Assembly (NCBI GenBank): GCA_963734535.1
Contig: CAVTHS010000008.1
Coordinates: forward strand, 1-64,000
Direction: 5' to 3'
Source of the DNA: an uncultured Chloroflexia bacterium
GTDB lineage: Bacteria; Chloroflexota; Limnocylindria; Limnocylindrales; CSP1-4
Length of the DNA: 64,000 nt
Both the position numbers and the translations under genes were made by a program. Below the pieces are notes generated by a model, which saw only the letters and a program-made list of their open reading frames with translations, ran no database searches and was not told the DNA's origin. Of the stretch, positions 11,245 through 22,457 are shown one piece after another (position 1 is the stretch's first letter; every line of letters starts with the position of its first letter).

Positions 11245-12690
11245 TCAGAAGTTGATCGAGCGCCCGTCCACGGCCATGGCGGCCTCTCCCAGGATCTCCG
11301 AGAGGGTGGGATGCGGGTGGGTGGCCGCCCCGATCTCCCATGGCTGCGCCTGGAGCGAGCCCGCGAGCGATGCCTCGGCAATCAGGTCCGTCGCATGCGG
11401 CCCGATCAGGTGCACGCCGAGCGTGTCGCCGGTCTCCGCGTGGCCGATCACCTTGGCAAACCCCTCGTACTCGCCGCCGATCACGGCCTTGGCGATCGCC
11501 TGGAACGGCACCTTCCCGACCTTGACGGGCAGCCCGCGCTTCTCGCACTCCTGCTCGGTCAGGCCGACCGACGCGATCTCCGGCCGGCAATACGTCGCCC
11601 GCGGCTGGGCGACGTAGTCCATGGCATGGACATCGGGGTCGCCGGCGATCGTGTGGACCGCGGTCAGCCCCTCGTGCGCGGCCGTGTGGGCCAGCCAGAG
11701 CCCGCCGACGATGTCGCCGATCGCCCAGACGTGCGGCTCGGCGGTGCGCATGTGGCCGTCGACCACGACGATCCCGCGGTCGGTCACGGCGCGCGTGGTC
11801 TCGAGTCCAAGGTCCTCGATGTTGGCCGCACGCCCGGCGGCGACGAGCAGGACGTCGGCAGCGACCTCCGTGGCCTCGCCGCCCTCCGGACCGACCGCCA
11901 GGCGGATGCCGTCCTCTCCGACCACCAGCGACGTCGCGTCGAAGCGCGCGTTCGTCATGACGGCGATCCCACGCCTGACGAGGCTCTTCTCCAGCTCCTT
12001 CGAGATGTCCCGATCCTCCAACGGGACGATGGCGGGCAGGTATTCGAGGAGCGTCACCTTCACGCCGAGGTCGTGGAAGCACGAGGCGAACTCGCAGCCA
12101 ACGGCACCCGCGCCGATGATCACCATGCTCGAGGGCAGCTCGACGAGCCGCAGCACGTCATCCGAGGTCAGGATTCGGACGCCGTCGGGCGTGATGCCGG
12201 GCAGGCTCTTGACGCGCGATCCCGTGGCCAGGATGACGTCGGTCGCCTCGAGCACCCGCTCGCCGCCCGTCCCCGGCGTGCCGTCCTCGCCGTGCAGTCG
12301 AACCCGGACCTTGCCGGGTCCCTCGAGGCGGCCGCGACCCGCGACCCATTCGACCTTGTTCTTGCCGACAAGGCTCTTGAGACCGGTCCACATCCGGCGG
12401 ACCACCTGGTCCTTGCGGGCTGCGATCACCGCGTAGTCGACGGCCGCCTCGCCCGGGATCATCACGCCGAGCTCGCGGCTCTTCGTCCGGACGCGGTTCG
12501 CGAAGTCGGCCGATTCGAGGAGCGCCTTGGTGGGGATGCAGCCCCGGTGGAGGCACGTCCCGCCGATCCTGTCCTCGTCGACGAGGGCAACCTTCATGCC
12601 CAGCTGCGAAGCCCGGAAAGCGGCCGAGTACCCGCCGGTCCCGGCGCCGAGGACCACGAGATCGAACGAGTTGGACGAGCCGACAGCCAT
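11245..12690 (-). CDS. lpdA: Dihydrolipoyl dehydrogenase E3
   Basis: GAGTGG FAD motif, GGTCLHRGCIPTK redox disulfide, HPHPTLSE. Confidence 0.96.
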   Translation of the reverse strand: MAVGSSNSFDLVVLGAGTGGYSAAFRASQLGMKVALVDEDRIGGTCLHRGCIPTKALLESADFANRVRTKSRELGVMIPGEAAVDYAVIAARKDQVVRRMWTGLKSLVGKNKVEWVAGRGRLEGPGKVRVRLHGEDGTPGTGGERVLEATDVILATGSRVKSLPGITPDGVRILTSDDVLRLVELPSSMVIIGAGAVGCEFASCFHDLGVKVTLLEYLPAIVPLEDRDISKELEKSLVRRGIAVMTNARFDATSLVVGEDGIRLAVGPEGGEATEVAADVLLVAAGRAANIEDLGLETTRAVTDRGIVVVDGHMRTAEPHVWAIGDIVGGLWLAHTAAHEGLTAVHTIAGDPDVHAMDYVAQPRATYCRPEIASVGLTEQECEKRGLPVKVGKVPFQAIAKAVIGGEYEGFAKVIGHAETGDTLGVHLIGPHATDLIAEASLAGSLQAQPWEIGAATHPHPTLSEILGEAAMAVDGRSINF

Positions 12691-12927
12691 GGGTCAGGGC
12701 ACCTTTCGGGCGCCGGCGGGACGTCGCGCGGGCAGCGCGCGACCCGGTGCGGGCGCCGATCCGGGGGCGGCCGCAGCCGACCGGCCGGTTGTGGGAGGGA
12801 TCACGCCGTCGATGGTAGCGCGGGCCCTGCCCGGGCGCGCGGGCAGCCGGCCCCGGGCCCTTCTCGGGCGTTGCGGCGGCCCGGCCGGTCGCCGGTCGCC
12901 GTGGCCGAGTCGGGGTGCATCAGACGG

Positions 12928-13091
12928 GGTGTGCACCAGGTGACCACTGCGACCGGTGAGGACCGCTGTCCTGCACGCGCCGTGCACCGCGTGACCACGA
13001 CAGCGGTTCAGCGGTCACGCGGCGCAGCCCATGACACAAGATTGCACCTGGACCGATCGCCGACGGTCACAGGGACCACCCGGTGCACACC
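12928..13091. repeat. Intergenic palindromic element with 28-bp imperfect terminal inverted repeats (MITE/REP-like or structured RNA)
   Basis: 12928-12955 matches the reverse complement of 13064-13091 at 23/28 positions; two further internal inverted-repeat pairs. Confidence 0.6.
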
Positions 13092-13222
13092 AGGGCGCCG
13101 TGAAGAGGACGGCCGCGGCCCCGGCTGCACGTCGACCCGCGGTGCCGGCGCGGACGATCACACCACGAACCCCTGCTCGCGCGACAATGGGACCCACGCG
13201 GCGGCCGCCGCTCCCACACGAG

Positions 13223-15384
13223 ATGCCAGCAACGATGTCGACGCTCTCCGCTCCCACCACACACCGATGGCAGGCCGCGCGCGCCGCGGCCGGGCTCGCC
13301 GGCGCGCTGCTGCTCGCAGCCGCACTCGCCACGTCGGCCGTCGCCGCCAGCCCGAAGCGCCTCTCGTCACAGGTGACCGACGACGTCGGCGCCGTCAGCG
13401 GCGGTGCGGGCTCGGTGCAGCCGGCGCTCGACGACCTCGTGCGCGCGGCCAACGTCCAGCTCTGGGTCTGGTTCACGGATACCACCGGCGGGCTGTCCGC
13501 CGCTGACTTCGCGACCCAGACGGCGAAGCTGAACGGCTTCGGCGGCAATGATCTGCTCCTGGTCCTGGCGATGACGGACCACGCCTACGGCTACTGGAAG
13601 TCGGACGCGATCCCGCTCTCGAACACCCGCCTGGACTCGATCCTGAGCGCGGACCTGGAGCCCGGGCTGCGCTCGGGCCAGAACGGCGCGGCGATCGTCG
13701 CGACGGCCGCGGGCATCCGCGACGCAATGGGCGGCTCGCCCGGCGGGCAGGGCGCCACTCCCGGCCCGGTTGCCACGAGCTCGACGGGCGGCGGCGCGGG
13801 GACCGGCACGCCGGCCTCGGGAGGTGGCTCGCCGCTCGGCACGCTCCTGGTGGTGCTCCTGGTCGTCGCGTTGATCGCGTCGCTCGGCTGGTGGTTCCTC
13901 TACGGCCGGAAGCGGCCGGCCGGCGACGGCACGGCGGGCACCCCGGGCGCCGGGACCGCGGGCGGGCCGGTCGACGACATCGCCGCCATGAAGACGCCGG
14001 CCCTGGAGACGCTCGCGAACCAGGCGCTGGTGCAGACCGACGACGCGGTTCGCGACAGCGAGCAGGAGCTCGGATTCGCCCAGGCGCAGTTCGGGGACGC
14101 AGAAGTCGCGCCGTTCCAGGCCGTCATCGCGGATGCGAAGGGTGACCTGGCCGCCGCGTTCAAGCTGCGCCAGCAGCTCGACGACGAGATCCCGAGGACG
14201 CGGCCACCCACCGCCACATGCTCGAGGAGCTCGTCCGCGGATGCCGCCGCGCGCAGGCCCGGCTCGACTCGGTGAAGGACGAGTTCGAGCGGCTTCGCGA
14301 GATCGAGGCGAAGGCTCCCCAGATCCTTGCCGCGCTCCCGGCCCAGGCCGACGCGCTGGAGGCTCGCATCCCCGCGGCCCAGGCCGCGATGACCCGCCTC
14401 ACGGCGTACGCCGACGCCAGCTGGCAGGCCGTCGCCCCGAACCTCGACGAGGCCGCCCAGCGGGTGGCCGCCGTCCGGGAGGCGGTCGACGAGGGCACGA
14501 AGGCGATCGCCGCGAGCGATGCGCAGACCGCCGGCCGCGCGGCGCGGCTCGGCCAGGACGCGCTTGGCCAGGGCACGGCCTTCCTCGACGGGATCGACCG
14601 GCTGGCGACCCAGCTGGACGAGGCGAAGGCGAAGGTCGACGAGATGCTCGTGGACGCGGATCGCGACCTTGCCCAGGCGAGAGCGGCGTCATCCGGCTCG
14701 AACGACGCGGCCCTCGCCACCCGGCTCGCCCAGGCCGACGCGCTGCTCTCCGGGGCGCGCACCGCCCTCGCCGGCCCGAAGCCGGACGTCGCGGCCGCGT
14801 ACCAGCAGGCCAGCCAGGCCCACACGATCGCCGACGACGCCCTGGCCGCGCTGCGGACCGCGACGGAGCAGCGGGCCCGCGACGCGGCCCGCCTGGACGC
14901 GTCCATCAAGGCGGCGCAGGCAACGCTGACCCGGGCCACGGACTTCATCGCGACGCGCCGCGGAGCGGTCGGCACGGAGGCCCGGACGCGGCTCGCGGAG
15001 GCGGAGCGGCACCTGACCCAGGCCGTCGCCATGGGTCCCTCCGACGCGGTCGGCGCCACCCGCGAGGCGGACCAGGCGACGCAGCTCGCGAATGCGGCCT
15101 ACCAGGCGGCGCAGGACGACTACGGTCGATACGACGACCCCTGGCACGGCGGAGGTCGCGGCGGTGGTGGAGGGGGCGGCGGCGGGGCAGGCGTCGGCGG
15201 GAACATCGCCGGCGCGATCATCGGCGGCATCATCGGCGGCATGCTGAGCGGCGGAGGTCGCGGCGGCGGGTTCGGGGGCTTCGGCGGTGGCGGCGGGTTC
15301 GGCGGCGGCTGGGGCGGCGGGTCGTCCGGCGGCGGCAGCTTCGGCGGGGGCGGCGGAGGGTCGTCCGGGGGAGGTCGGTGGTGA
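13223..15384 (+). CDS. TPM-domain membrane protein with long coiled coil and Gly-rich tail (frameshift near 14195)
   Basis: Signal peptide, TPM-like domain (VTDDVGAV...QLWVWF...DLLLVLA), TM helix, helical region, GGG-rich C-terminus ending GGGRW; upstream of pspA. Confidence 0.8.
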
Positions 15385-15490
15385 CGGCCGTCGGGCGGTA
15401 GCGGCCGTCGGCTAGCATGGATGGACGGAGATCGATCGCGACACCGGAAGGGCCGGTGCCGCCGGCACGGAAGAGAAGGGACGCAGTGCG

Positions 15491-16214
15491 ATGGGCGACA
15501 ACATCCTGGGGCGGATCGGGAACCTGGTCAGGGCCAACGTCAACGCGCTGATCGACGGCGCCGAAGACCCGGAGAAGATGCTGGACCAGCTGGTCCGGGA
15601 TTACACGAACAACATCGCGGAGGCGGAGCAGGCCGTCGCGCAGACGATCGGCAACCTGCGCCTCGCCGAGGATGACGCCAGCACGGCGCAGGCCGGCGTC
15701 GCCGAGTGGGGCGGCAAGGCCCTCGCCGCGTCGCACAAGGCCGACGAGCTCCGGGCAGCCGGCAACACGGCCGAGGCCGACCGCTTCGACAACCTCGCCA
15801 AGGTCGCGCTCAAGCGCCAGATCGGCTTCGAGGACCAGGCCAAGAGCCTCGCGACGCAGATCGCGAGCCAGACCGAGCTCACGAACAAGCTCAAGGACGG
15901 CCTCAACGGGATGCGCGCGAAGCGCGAGGAGCTGGTCCAGAAGCGGAACGAGCTCGTCGCCCGGTCGAAGATGGCCGACGCCCAGGCGAAGGTCCAGCAG
16001 TCGCTCAAGAGCATCAATGCGACCGATCCCACCAGCGAGGTCTCGCGCTTCGAGGACAAGATCCGCCGCGACGAGGCCCAGGTCCGCGGGCATGGAGGAG
16101 GTCGCGGCCAGCTCGCTGGACGCGCAGTTCGACAACCTCGAGGACATCTCCGCCGACGCCGACGTCGAGGCTCGCCTCGCCGCGCTGAAGGGCAGCGGCA
16201 CGCCCGCGTCGTAG
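15491..16214 (+). CDS. pspA: PspA/IM30 family protein (frameshift near 16090)
   Basis: ILGRIGNLVRANVNALIDGAEDPEKMLDQ at the N-terminus; SLDAQF...VEARLAALK C-terminus in the other frame. Confidence 0.9.
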
Positions 16215-16395
16215 GGCTCAACGCCTCTCGGTCGAACGGCCCGGGCTCCGACGCCCGGGCCGTTTCGCGTACGCGGCCCGAGTCGCCGGCCGGTTGCGGA
16301 GCGGTCACGCGCCGCCCTCGGCATCAGATTGCGGGCGGTCTGCCGGTCGCGCGGTCTGCGGTCGCGCGACCGCCGCGCGGCCGGGACACGAACCG

Positions 16396-16602
16396 TCAGC
16401 GCGGGCGCCCGAGGATCGCGAACGCCAGGACCCCGATCGTCCCCGCGACCAGGACGACGATCGTCGTCGGGAAGCTCACGAACGCGTCGTGGACCGGCGG
16501 CAGGATGGCGCTCGCGAGCTCGAGCGCGAAGACCACCAGGATCACCCCCGCCGCGATGACCAGGACCTCGCGCCAGCCCGGGCTCCGTGAGCCGTCAGGC
16601 AC
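16396..16602 (-). CDS. Small two-TM hypothetical membrane protein
   Basis: 68 aa with two hydrophobic helices; overlaps the nnrE stop, suggesting coupling. Confidence 0.6.
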   Translation of the reverse strand: MPDGSRSPGWREVLVIAAGVILVVFALELASAILPPVHDAFVSFPTTIVVLVAGTIGVLAFAILGRPR

Positions 16603-17603
16603 GATCCGCCTCGGCGGGGATCCCGATCGGTGCCACGAGGACGCGGCCCGCCACCAGGCGCCCGCGGCGCGTCAGCAGGCCCTTCTTGGGCCGGTGGAAG
16701 GTCAGCGTGACGTCCGCCCGGACGACCGGCTCGGAGAGCTCCCCCGAGGTCAGGTCGCAGGCCGTCGGCGTGTCCACCGCGAGTACGGGCACGCCCGCGG
16801 CGCGCGCCCGGAGGCACAGCTCGACCGCGGCCCGGACCGGCTCGCGCAACGCGCCCTGGACGCCCGTCCCCAGGAGGGCGTCGACCACGAGCGCGGCACG
16901 CTCGATGCCCTGGCCAAGGGTCGCCAGGTCCCGGGCCGTGGAGGCGTGGATCCGCTCCGCGAGTGGCACCGCACCGAGCCGGTCCCAGTTCCGCGCCGCG
17001 TCGGGCGTTCCCGGGCGCGCGCCGGTGGAGACCAGGACGGCCGCAACCCGGATCCCATGCGCCGCGAGGCGCCGGGCGGCGACCAGGCCGTCGCCGCCGT
17101 TGTTGCCCGGGCCGCACAGGATGAGCACCGTGCCCGGCACGGGGGGCGAAGGCACGGCGGGCACCATCGTGGGCGGCTCGGGGACTGGAAGCTCTCGGGA
17201 CTGGCGGCTCGGGCTCCAGGGGCACGGGTGTGGGACCCCGGGACGCGTCGACCGTTGGCGGATCCAACCCATGGGAACCGGCGACCTCGGGCCGGCCGGC
17301 GGCCCCTGGCGCGCCGGCTCTCGACGCTGCGACCGCTCCCGACGCTGCCGCGGCGGCGATCAGCGCCCGTGCCGTCGCGGCAACCGCGGTCCCGGCATGC
17401 TCCATGAGCCGGCTGCCGCTCACTCCCAGGCGCTGGGCCTTCGCGTCGGTGCCGGTCATCTCGGCCGCGGTGATCGGCGCGCGATCCATCGCCTCCGCCC
17501 AGCGCGCGGCGAGCCCCGCCAGGTCCAGCTCGAAGAGGGTCGGGTCGTCGGCGGGCAGGCGCGGTCCCCGGCGGGCGCGGGCGGCGCGATCTGGGGTCGT
17601 CAT
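16595..17603 (-). CDS. nnrE: NAD(P)H-hydrate epimerase (YjeF-N), frameshifted in a low-complexity linker
   Basis: LMEHAG, LCGPGNNGGDGLVAARRL, VDALLGTG, AVDTPT, TLTFHRPK. Confidence 0.85.
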
Positions 17604-17636
17604 GGGCGGAGGCAAGGGTAGCGGGTCGGTTGGCTC

Positions 17637-17689
17637 GGCGCTCCCCTGCCGGAGCCGCGGGCGCTCCCCTGCCGGAGGCGCGGGCGCTC
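17637..17689. repeat. 23-bp tandem repeat (about 2.3 copies)
   Basis: ggcgctcccctgccggagccgcg / ggcgctcccctgccggaggcgcg / ggcgctc. Confidence 0.75.
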
Positions 17690-17774
17690 GGTGCGGCGAT
17701 CCCGGGGGCCTCCCTTCGGGACGGCGGCGCTTCCCGACCCCGGGCGTTCGAGGTCCCGATCCTCCGACGGTGCC

Positions 17775-20685
17775 CTACCCCGTCCCCTGCACGCCGGCCG
17801 CGATCCCGCTGATCGTCAGCCCCACGAGGCGCTCGAGCTCGGGTCGCGACGGGTCATCGTCGGGCAGGCCGCGAAGGCGCCCCAGCAGCAGGACCTGGAG
17901 CTCGTTGAGCGGATCCAGGTACGGCGCGCGCAACGCGATCGAGCGCTGGAGGGCCGGGACGCCGTCGAGGAGCGCGGCGCGGCCGGAGATCCGGAGCAGG
18001 AGGCGGATCGTTCGGGCGTGCTCGGCTTCGACGTGCTCGGCGAGGCGGACGCCGTCCGCACCCGCCAGCGCGGCGTAGCGGCGGCCCACGGCCACGTCGC
18101 TGCGGGCGAGGGCGACCTCGGCGTTCTGGAGCAGGCCGCGGAAGAACGGCCAGCTCCGGTGGAGCGCCGCAAGGCGCGCGACGCCTGCCTCGCCATGAGC
18201 CTGCTCGAAGGCCGCGAGCGCGCTGCCGAGCCCGAACCAGCCCGGCAGGTTGAGCCGGACCTGCGTCCACGCAAAGACCCACGGGATCGCGCGCAGCGAC
18301 GCGAGCGAGGCCCGAACCGGCGCGGTGGATGCCGGATCCCCGGGGCGGCTCGTCGCCGGGCCCCGCGCCGCGGGTCGTGACCCGAGCCGGAGGCCGGAGA
18401 TCGTCGCGATCGGGGTCGCCTCGGCGAAGACACGCTCGAACGCCGGCTCCTCCCAGACCAGCGCGCGGTAGGCACGACGGGCCTCGGCGGCAAGCTCATC
18501 CATGACGGCCCGCCCATCGGCCGTGGCGCCCGACGGGACGCCATCGTCCGCGATGTTCGCCGCCGCGAGGAGCGTCGCCGAGGTGACCTGCTCCAGGCCC
18601 CGACGCGCGATCACCGGGTTCGCGTACCGGGCGGCGATCACCTCGCCCTGCTCGGTCAGCTTCAGTCGGCCGTCGACCGCGCCCTCCGGGGCCGCCAGGA
18701 CCGCGCGATGCGTCGGGCCGCCGCCCCGCCCGATCGCCCCTCCGCGGCCGTGGAAGAGGGTCAGCTCAACGCCGCCCGCGCGGGCAGCGACGACCAGGTC
18801 CTCCTGGGCCCGGTAGAGCAGCCAGTTCGCCGCGAGGTAGCCGGACTCCTTGTTGGAGTCCGAATAGCCGAGCATCACCTCCTGCCGGTCGCCGCGCTCC
18901 CGGAGGTGGGCGCGGTAGGCGGGATCGGCGATCAGCCGCGCGAGGATCGACCCGGCGGTCTCGAGCGCGTCGGCGGATTCGAAGAGCGGGACCACGTCGA
19001 GCGCCGGCGTTCCCGGCGGGAACCCGCTCGTCAGGCTCGCCGGGATGGCCGGATCGCTCGCACGGGCGGCGAGCCAGCGGACCGTCGCGACATCCTCCGG
19101 GCCGGCCGTGAAGCTGATCACGTAGCGGTGGCAGGCCGCCTCGCCGGCGCGACGCTGCAGTGCCGCCATGGCCCGGAAGGTGGCAACCACCTCTGCCGCC
19201 GTCACGCCGGGCGCGACCTGCCGGGCGAGGTCGGGCGGCGTCGCCTCCAGCGCCGCGCGGGCTTCCCCGTGGACCGCCGCGTGCTGGCGGACCTCGAGCG
19301 ACGCGAGGTGGAACCCGAACGTCTCGACCTGCCAGCGGAAGTCCTGGAGGGCGCCGAACGCGAGCCGTTCGAGGCCGTCCGCGACGAGCGCCTCGCGCAG
19401 CTCGGCGAGCTCGTCGAGCAGCTCCCCGGGGCTCGCGTACCGCCCGCCCTGCGGCCCGGGCTGCTCGGCGAGGTAGGCCCGCGTTCGCCTGAGGCGTTCG
19501 GCGATCGCCCCGAGCCGGCGCCGGTACGGCTCGTGCGGGAATCGGGCCGTCATCTCGCGCATCGATTCGGGCAGGTCGTCCTCGTCGCGCGCCAGCCGGC
19601 GCGCCAGCGCCGGCGCCACCGGCGCGCCCGGCCGCGGCCGCGCCGCGAGCGTGGTCATGAGACGAGACGCGACCGCCTCGTACCCGTGGAAAAGGTGATC
19701 GGCCTGGATCCGGAACGCCGCGGATGTCGTCTCGGCGGTCACGTACGGGTGACCGTCGCGATCGCCGCCGATCCAGGAGCCCCAGGCGAGGAAGGCCGGA
19801 CTCGCGGGGGGGCGCGTCCCGGTCGGCCCCTGGTCGGCGGCCGGTCGGGTCGACGCTACGGCGCCCGTGCCCGGGTTGCCCCCGGCTCCATCCACGAGGT
19901 CGAGCGCGCCGTCGGCGGCCCGGTACAGCTCCGGCGTCGCCGAGAAGAGCGTCGCGTCGAAGAAGACCATCGCCGAGCGCACCTCGTCCAGGGCGGTCGG
20001 GCGCGCCTGTCGAAGGTCGGCCGTGCGCCACAGCAGCGTGATCTCCTCCCGCAGCCGCCGGCGTACGGCGGTGTCGTCGGCGGGCGTCAGGCGCGGGTCG
20101 TCCAGGCGGTCCAGCAGCTCGTAGGCGCGCCGCAGCGAGACGAGCACGGTTCGGCGCCGCGCCTCGGTGGGGTGCGCGGTCAGGACGGGCGAGATGCGAA
20201 GCCCGGCCATCCGACCCGCGATCTCGTCCCGCGACTGGCCGGTTCGACGAAGGAGGATCACGGCCTCGTCGAGCGAATCGTCCATGGGTGTCCGTCCCGC
20301 GGCCCGCGCGCGCCGCCGCAGGTCGCGGACGCGCTCCTTCTCCTCGGCCAGGTTGACCAGCTGGAAGTACGTCGAGAACGCGCGGGCCAGCGTGGCGATC
20401 TCGGGGCCGCTCGACCGAGGCCAGATCCGCGTCGAGGGCAGCCCGGAGGGCCGGGTCCGGGTCGCGACGCAGCGCGATCGTCCGTCCACGGACCCGTTCC
20501 ACGAGCTCGAGGGCGGCCTCGCCCTCCTGTTCCGCGACGACCTGGCCGAGCAGCGCCCCGAGCAGCCGCACCTCGCGGGCAAGTGGGTCGCGTGCCCCGG
20601 CGCTCCCGACCGAGCGCGGCTCCGCCCGCACGGCGACGTTGGGGCGTGCCGCGCGCGACGGCGCCCGGCCTCTCCGGGCGGTCAC
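17775..20685 (-). CDS. ppc: Phosphoenolpyruvate carboxylase (frameshift near 20410)
   Basis: LAREVRLLGALLG, VLTAHPTE, WIGGDRDG, MLGYSDSNK, FHGRGG, LRAIPWVF and C-terminal GVQGTG. Confidence 0.93.
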
Positions 20686-20751
20686 CGGAGCGCCGCGTGG
20701 ACGGCCTGGACCGCCCGGTCGATCCGGGCGGATGGGAAGCCCCACCTCGGG

Positions 20752-21780
20752 TCACGGGCGCTCTCCCGCGAGCCGCGCGGCGCCGGCCCCGTCGAGCTCC
20801 ACGAGGCCATCCGCGGCGAGGGCCGCCAGCGCTGCCGAGACGGCCGCGGGGGCGTGCAGGCCCAGCGGACCCTCGAACATGAGGCTGGTGCCCCGCGGGG
20901 CGCTGCACAGGCGATCCACGATCCGCCCGCGGAGCCAGCGCGTCGTGGCCTCGAACGGGATGGCGGGAGAGCGTGCGGCGCCCGGGTCCTGACCGGCGGC
21001 AACCTTGGTCGAACGCGCGACCGCTGCCCCGGCCGCGAGAGCAGCACCTGCCGCGAACGTGCACCACGCCTGCACCGGGCACGCGTTGCACGCCGGGGCC
21101 ACGGGCCGGCAGATCGTGGCGCCCAGGTCCATGAAGGCGTGCGTCCAGTCGGCCGGCCGGGCTGGATCGACGAGCGCGTCGGCGGCCGCCTGGATCTCGC
21201 CGGGCGGGATCGGGGCAGCCGGCCCGGAAGGCGCCGCCGCGGCCGCGTCGACCCGTGCCAGCCGCCCCAGGACGCGGCGGACGTTGACGTCCACCGCCCC
21301 GACCGGCCGGCCGAACGCGATGGCGGCCACGGCGCGAGCGGTGTACGGCCCGACGCCGGGGAGCGCCCGCAGCGCGTCGACCTCATCGGGCACGCTGCCG
21401 CCGGCGGCGACGATGGCGCGGGCCGCTCTCTGGAGGTCGATCGCTCGCCGGTTGTAGCCGAGCCCCTGCCAGGCGCGAATGACGTCGCCCGTGGGTGCTT
21501 CGGCGAGGGCCGCCGGCGTCGGGAAGCGATCCATGAACCCGCGCCATCGCTCGGCGACGCGCGCGACCTGCGTCTGCTGCGCCATCACCTCGCTCACGAG
21601 GACCGCCCACGGGTCAGGATCGCGCGCGACGCGGAAGGAAAGGGCGCGCCCGTCACGATCGAACCAGGCCAGGAGGGCGGCACGCAACCCGACGACGTCG
21701 GCGGGAAGCGAAGGAACGGGAGCGGGGAGCGAGCGCGTCGAGGCGCGAAGCGAGCGTGTCGAAGCGGGAGGGCGTGCCAC
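20752..21780 (-). CDS. mutY: A/G-specific adenine glycosylase
   Basis: VSEVMAQQTQV, WQGLGYNRRA, HhH LPGVGPYTA, VDVNVRRV, Fe-S motif CRPVAPACNACPVQAWC. Confidence 0.92.
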   Translation of the reverse strand: MARPPASTRSLRASTRSLPAPVPSLPADVVGLRAALLAWFDRDGRALSFRVARDPDPWAVLVSEVMAQQTQVARVAERWRGFMDRFPTPAALAEAPTGDVIRAWQGLGYNRRAIDLQRAARAIVAAGGSVPDEVDALRALPGVGPYTARAVAAIAFGRPVGAVDVNVRRVLGRLARVDAAAAAPSGPAAPIPPGEIQAAADALVDPARPADWTHAFMDLGATICRPVAPACNACPVQAWCTFAAGAALAAGAAVARSTKVAAGQDPGAARSPAIPFEATTRWLRGRIVDRLCSAPRGTSLMFEGPLGLHAPAAVSAALAALAADGLVELDGAGAARLAGERP

Positions 21781-21945
21781 CCCGGAAGAATACCCGCGGC
21801 GCCCCGGGGTCCCGGATCAGCTGGTCATCGGGGGTCGGCGGAGGACCCTCGAGGGTTCGATCCCCGCCCGCGAGGACCGGTGCCAAGCAGGCGTCGGTTC
21901 CCCGACCCCCTCCCGAGGGACGCGCCGACGCCCGCCGGTGCTGGG

Positions 21946-22290
21946 CTACTTCGGCGGGATCACCAGGACCGCTCCGATCCGCATCTTCGTCGGATCGACG
22001 GTCGGGTTCGCCGCCATGAGCTTGTCGAGGGCGACCCCGAGCTTCTGCGAGATCGCCCACATCGTGTCGTTCTTCTTGACCGTGTACGTCGTCCCGCCGA
22101 CCGGCGCGCTCGGCGCGGCAGAGACGTCCGGCTCGATGCTGGCCGCGTCGCTCGGGCTCGGCGACTGGGCGTAGATATCCGTTGGAGCCGGTGTCACCGA
22201 CGGTGACGGTGCGGGGGTCGGGGTGGCCCCGCCGCCACACGCGGCCACGGCGAGCGCCCCCGCGAGCACGAATGCCAAGCCTCGCCGCAT
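21946..22290 (-). CDS. LysM-domain lipoprotein
   Basis: Lipobox VAAC, P/S/T linker, YTVKKNDTMWAISQK...LMAAN...IGAVLVIP; RBS GGAGGAG. Confidence 0.85.
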   Translation of the reverse strand: MRRGLAFVLAGALAVAACGGGATPTPAPSPSVTPAPTDIYAQSPSPSDAASIEPDVSAAPSAPVGGTTYTVKKNDTMWAISQKLGVALDKLMAANPTVDPTKMRIGAVLVIPPK

Positions 22291-22457
22291 CTCTCCTCCT
22301 CGTCCCGATCGTGGGACGGGCCCGGTCCCGGCCGCGACCGGCGCCCCGTCAAGCGTACGACGCGCGACCCCTCGCCCGTGTGACCTCCGTGCGCCCCGGC
22401 TTCTCGCGAGACGCCGGCCCGGTGCCAATCGCTCCGCCGTGCCGGCCCAGGTGGCGG

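Noticed and set aside
6409-20685. Programmed frameshifting or pseudogene status for E2, pspA and ppc
   Set aside because: Breaks are too frequent across unrelated genes and show no shared slippery motif; assembly error is the simpler explanation
21830-21932. GGTTCGATCCC T-loop-like sequence inside a GC-rich hairpin region between the LysM gene and mutY
   Set aside because: The T-stem is imperfect, and no D-arm, anticodon arm or acceptor stem/CCA can be built; it is not a tRNA, and the short stems are plausible by chance at this GC content
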